Below, in pieces: positions 60,266-64,000 of a stretch of 64,000 bases of DNA. This stretch comes from Leptonemataceae bacterium (lineage in GTDB: Bacteria > Spirochaetota > Leptospiria > Leptospirales > Leptonemataceae), in contig OZ245742.1 of assembly GCA_965227295.1 (NCBI GenBank), positions 3,840,001-3,904,000 of the forward strand. Direction: 5' to 3'. Made by a program: the position numbers and the translations under genes. Position 1 is the stretch's first letter. The number at the start of each line of letters is the position of its first letter. Below the pieces are notes generated by a model that was not told the DNA's origin, made no database searches, and saw only the letters and a list, made by a program, of their open reading frames with translations.

Positions 60266-61605
60266 GCGGCCCGCTGTCGCAATTCACGCAGATCTTCTCG
60301 CGGCGAAACATGTCCGCGAGTCTGACCGGCCTGCTGGAACGCGAGGAACTGCACGGGCAGCGCATTGCAAACCGCATTCGCTATCTGTTCGCCGGCCTTA
60401 TGTACATATGGGCCGTGGTCACGATCAGCACCGGTACGGGCGACCCGTTCGTGAACCTGGGGCTGATTACGACCTACCTGTTGCTTACCGTGGCGCACAC
60501 GCTGATCCTGGCAAAACCGAAATGGCGAGGCTTAATCGGTACCTTTCAATACTTAACGATCTTCCTGGACTGCGTGCTGATCACGACGGCAATGGTATTT
60601 TATACGCACACCGAGAGCCCGAACAACTACGCCTTCGCCATCAAGAATCCGGTGCTGTGGTACTACTTTCTGCCGCTCTTTTTGACGCTGCTTCAGTTTC
60701 GCGTGAAGCCGGTGGTTTTTGCGCTCTTCTTGATTGCGGCGGTCTATTATACCTTCGTCGGTCTCACGTTCCACCACGGCGTGGAGCTGACCCAGAACTG
60801 GAACCGTTACATCAACGGTCCGGCGGTCCTGGTGGAAGACTTCGTGCTTTCGCGCATGCTGGTGTTCATCGGCGGGGCCGTGGTGATCCTGTATACGATC
60901 TATCGCGCGTTGTTCATGCTCCGTCGCCTGGGGGCCATCGAAGCGCAGAAGTCGAATCTTGCGCGCTACTTTTCTCCGGAGATCGTCGAAGCAATTACAG
61001 AGAACCCCGACTCGTTGCCCACCGGAGGGCGTCAGCGGGTGACGGTGTTGTTCTCGGACATCCGCAACTTCACGAAGATGTCCGAGGGCATGGACGCGCA
61101 GGAACTGGCGGACTTTCTCGGTGAGTTTCGCGAACGCATGTCCCGGGCGATCTTTTCAAACGGCGGTACGCTGGATAAGTTCATCGGTGACGCGATCATG
61201 GCGACGTTCGGCACGCCGCATCCCTCCGCGGAGCCGGGACGCGATGCACAGAACGCCTTAGCTGCGTCCCGGATGATGTTAGAAGAACTGGAAGGGTTTA
61301 ACGGGGATCGGCGGCAGGCCGGCCAGGCGCCGATCTACATCGGTATCGGCCTGCATACGGGGGAGGTCTTCGCGGGGAACGTGGGCACCGGCTCGCGTCT
61401 GGAATATACGGTCATCGGTGACGGGGTGAACACGGCCTCGCGGATCGAGTCGCTGTGCAAGAAACTGAACGCCATGCTCTTGATTTCTCAGGCGACGTTC
61501 GATGAGACGGGGCAACCGGAGGACGCGGAGCGCATGCCGCGCGTCATGGTGAAGGGGAAACAGGAACCGTTGCAGGTGTACCGCCTGCGGGAGTTACCGG
61601 GGTAG
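60262..61605 (+). CDS. Membrane-bound class III adenylate cyclase
   Basis: About six TM segments; LFSDIRNFT, DKFIGD, GIGLHTG, YTVIGD.VNTASRIE (Lys/Thr specificity residues favour ATP). Confidence 0.92.
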   Translation: MSGPLSQFTQIFSRRNMSASLTGLLEREELHGQRIANRIRYLFAGLMYIWAVVTISTGTGDPFVNLGLITTYLLLTVAHTLILAKPKWRGLIGTFQYLTIFLDCVLITTAMVFYTHTESPNNYAFAIKNPVLWYYFLPLFLTLLQFRVKPVVFALFLIAAVYYTFVGLTFHHGVELTQNWNRYINGPAVLVEDFVLSRMLVFIGGAVVILYTIYRALFMLRRLGAIEAQKSNLARYFSPEIVEAITENPDSLPTGGRQRVTVLFSDIRNFTKMSEGMDAQELADFLGEFRERMSRAIFSNGGTLDKFIGDAIMATFGTPHPSAEPGRDAQNALAASRMMLEELEGFNGDRRQAGQAPIYIGIGLHTGEVFAGNVGTGSRLEYTVIGDGVNTASRIESLCKKLNAMLLISQATFDETGQPEDAERMPRVMVKGKQEPLQVYRLRELPG

Positions 61606-62460
61606 GGTTCTTGTTTTCGGTGTCTTTTTCGTTTTTCTCCTCGTTTTCTTGCATGATGTCTCCAAGATCCTTAGTCTTGTATGTAAGTTGTTTGAATGAA
61701 CTTTTCTGGAATACAACGAATTCTACTATTTTCTTAGTATCTGGATGAACTTTGGCTCTCAGAGAGTTCTCTTCTACCTCCAATGGAGTCGCAATAATGA
61801 TGTCATGATCCTGCCACAGAACAGCATGGGGTTGAAGTTCATAGTCGATTACTGAATATGTCCCATTATTTTTTGCATCAAGGTGTCCTGTCCAGTACGC
61901 GATAAGTAGAAGCATAAGCAAATGCAGTGCATTGCGGTAGACTCCATCGCCGAGCCGTACATCGACTTTTTTTCTCTCTACAAAAATTGAATCGAAGAAC
62001 GAAACAATTTGCTTGTCCGTTGCTCCGGCAGCAATTAGATTCTTTGTGTCTATGTACTGTGCACTGAGCGATAGAGTGCCGGTTATCGGATAGGCCAAGA
62101 AGAGCCAACTGATTTTATACGAAAGATATATGCAAATAAATGCGAGGACATAAAATCGAACGTTTTCCTCTATGAAAAATCGCGCGAGTTCTGATTTTGC
62201 TCTGAAAAATGTTGAATATGTTCCAGAGGCTACAAAGTATAGGGATAGAGGGATGATCAGATGTAGCCGTACTTATATATAAACAAAACACAATACCCCG
62301 TTATGGTAAAAGAAGCTAAGAGAATGGATTCCTTTCCTAGGAAATTAATGAGGTGTTGTTTATTTGGTCGATCCTCTGCCAAATTTGGAGGAGGCTGAGT
62401 TCGCTTGTTTTTGGTGCCTTCCGGCTTTTTGTCCGATTTGCGTTTTGTTGCACTACTCAT
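61606..62460 (-). pseudogene. AT-rich, frameshifted membrane-protein gene (probably horizontally acquired)
   Basis: Frame 1 runs from the ATG at 62460 to a stop at 62257. A second frame is open from about 62272 (LIIPLSLYFV...) through the 61544-62098 ORF. Markedly more AT-rich than its flanks. Confidence 0.65.
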
Positions 62461-62560
62461 AGCTTTTCTGTGGTAAGCTTGAGAAGGTCGAAAAAATTGC
62501 AAGACCGAATTGGAGATTGGATGGCCGAATCCTTTCGTCAGTATAGGTAGAGAACTCTTC

Positions 62561-62683
62561 GCGTCAGGGATTGGAAGGGTTGCGGCGAAGCCGCAAGTCC
62601 GGAGCGCAGCGGAGGACCGAAGCGCGGAGCCCTGGAAAGCCCGGTCGGAAGGCGCCTGGGCCTGGCGCCTTCCGAGACGCCCC
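62561..62683. repeat. GC-rich multi-hairpin element (REP/attC-like or ncRNA)
   Basis: TTGCGGC-GAA-GCCGCAA; GTCC...GGAC; TCGGAAGGCGCC-N7-GGCGCCTTCCGA; outer GCGTC/GACGC. Confidence 0.6.
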
Positions 62684-62703
62684 ACAGAGTCACTAAGTTA
62701 ATT

Positions 62704-63057
62704 TTAGATAATTCTTGCCCGCATCTTCCGTTTTCGCATAAACTGGAAGTGACGGTAGAACGGAACCAGCGCCTCGGGAATCAGCCCGACCTCGATCTCG
62801 TCGCGACGGCTGCGCAGTTGCAGGACCACTTCGGCCGGTAAATCATACTCGATCTGCCCGGCGAACTGGCGCATGCGACGACAGATCTCACGGTCGTTGA
62901 CATCCTCGGAGAGCTTTTCCATCTCCTCGCACAGCCACAGGAGATTGGTGTGCGCCCGGGCGCGCTCCTCGGTGCTCTCGGTGTGGGCATAGTCGCCGGG
63001 GTAGTAGGAATCCCGGGCGGTACGGTACTTCTTGCGGTGTAACGTCAGAGTGCTCAT
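62704..63057 (-). CDS. Hypothetical protein (117 aa)
   Basis: ATG-started ORF with host-like codon usage, divergent from the gloB-like gene. Confidence 0.65.
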   Translation of the reverse strand: MSTLTLHRKKYRTARDSYYPGDYAHTESTEERARAHTNLLWLCEEMEKLSEDVNDREICRRMRQFAGQIEYDLPAEVVLQLRSRRDEIEVGLIPEALVPFYRHFQFMRKRKMRARII

Positions 63058-63136
63058 CAGTATCTCTTCGGATTTTCGCCGTCAAACCGGAGCGTTTTTT
63101 TCTTTGAACACGAGCGGAATTTCATAAGCTGGAACC

Positions 63137-63937
63137 GTGCAGGTACATCAAATTTATACCGGGTCGTCGCTGCGGAACTTTGCCTACATCATCCAATCCG
63201 GCGACGGGTCCTCGGTATACTGTATCGATCCTTACGACGACACGCAGATCGCGGACTTCCTGGACGCGCGGGGCCTCGCGCTCACGCACATCGTCAACAC
63301 CCACGAGCATCACGATCACACCCGGGGCAATGCCGGTCTGCGGGAACGTTACCCGCGGGCGCGCATCCTGGCCCACGAGGGCGCCGCACGATCGATTCCG
63401 GAGATGGACGAGGGCCTGCGGGCCGGTCAGGAATTGGCGGTTGAGGACGGCGTGTCGTTTCGCGTACTCGACACACCCGGGCACACGTTTACGCACGTAT
63501 GTCTGCTGTTGCGCACGGGGGAACGCGATGAGGGCGTCTTTACCGGCGATACCGTTTTTAATGCGGGCGTCGGGAACTGCCGGAGCGGGGATCCGGGGAC
63601 GCTCTACGATACGATTGCCGGCGAGTTTCACAACCTCGGCGACGACGTACGGGTCTATCCGGGCCACGAGTACATGGGCAACAACCTGCGTTTTACGCTG
63701 GAGTATGATTCGTCGAACACCGCGGCGCGGGATTTGCTGAACGATTACGAAACCGAAATCGCCGCGGGTCGCTACATCGTGTCCACGATCGGCCTGGAAC
63801 GGGACATCAACACGTTCTTTCGCCTGGATTCGGCGGAACTGCGGCGGGATCTTAAGAAACACTTTTCGAATATTAACGATCAGAGCAGCGAACGCGAGGT
63901 CTTTCTGGCGTTACGCAAGCTCAGAGACAGGTGGTAA
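63137..63937 (+). CDS. gloB: Hydroxyacylglutathione hydrolase-like MBL-fold hydrolase
   Basis: THEHHDH, TPGHT, FTGD, PGHEY..NL.F, STIGLE..IN.F.R, LRKLRDRW. Confidence 0.88.
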   Translation: MQVHQIYTGSSLRNFAYIIQSGDGSSVYCIDPYDDTQIADFLDARGLALTHIVNTHEHHDHTRGNAGLRERYPRARILAHEGAARSIPEMDEGLRAGQELAVEDGVSFRVLDTPGHTFTHVCLLLRTGERDEGVFTGDTVFNAGVGNCRSGDPGTLYDTIAGEFHNLGDDVRVYPGHEYMGNNLRFTLEYDSSNTAARDLLNDYETEIAAGRYIVSTIGLERDINTFFRLDSAELRRDLKKHFSNINDQSSEREVFLALRKLRDRW

Positions 63938-63938
63938 C

Positions 63939-64000
63939 ATGACGATTCCTTTCTGGTGTGTTTTGATTGCGGCGGTGATGATCTATCTCGCCAAACTCCC
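63939..64000 (+). CDS. 5' end of a probable MAPEG-family membrane protein (runs off the window)
   Basis: MTIPFWCVLIAAVMIYLAKL resembles bacterial MAPEG N-termini. Confidence 0.5.
   Translation, partial: MTIPFWCVLIAAVMIYLAKL

Noticed and set aside
62461..62685. Upstream part of the 62257-62685 ORF as coding
   Set aside because: It runs through the palindromic element; plausible protein begins only at the ATG at 62460
1..64000. tRNA, rRNA, tmRNA, prophage or defence-system genes
   Set aside because: None recognised; the intergenic gaps are short and show no cloverleaf or ssrA ends despite smpB being present

Overview
GC-rich (roughly 60% by eye) bacterial chromosome segment whose gene content and order resemble Leptospiraceae (spirochaete). 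It is mostly conserved core: an intact-looking IS3-family element (49-1285); kdsA-lptC-lptA-lptB-rpoN-hpf-hprK-ptsH-ntrY/ntrX-like-UDG-like-priA; gcvP, an AlkD-like gene and a LON substrate-binding-domain gene; fmt-PASTA-rpe; rpsP-khpA-rimM-trmD-rplS-rnhB; a FliK-like/FlhB-C/HD-GYP/yraN block; yifB/comM; a lipoprotein and a LysM-M23 peptidase; a type II secretion cluster gspC-N followed closely by an exported protein and two HtrA/Deg-PDZ paralogues; smpB-der-plsY; cca and a metallophosphoesterase; sucCD; then a variable tail. No rRNA, tRNA or CRISPR array was seen. The main unexplained signals are: (1) both HtrA-PDZ proteins at the end of the T2SS operon appear to have lost catalytic residues; (2) two copies of a ~114 bp REPIN/MITE-like palindrome (34971-35084, 57433-57547); (3) a multi-hairpin element (62561-62683) next to an AT-rich, frameshifted foreign gene; (4) two ANGGA-loop (CsrA-type) hairpins over the RBS of a 66-aa gene; (5) degenerate UDG-like and HD-GYP proteins; (6) a scar holding AraC and GNAT remnants; (7) several apparently leaderless promoters. 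All calls come from motif recognition by eye; no searches were run.
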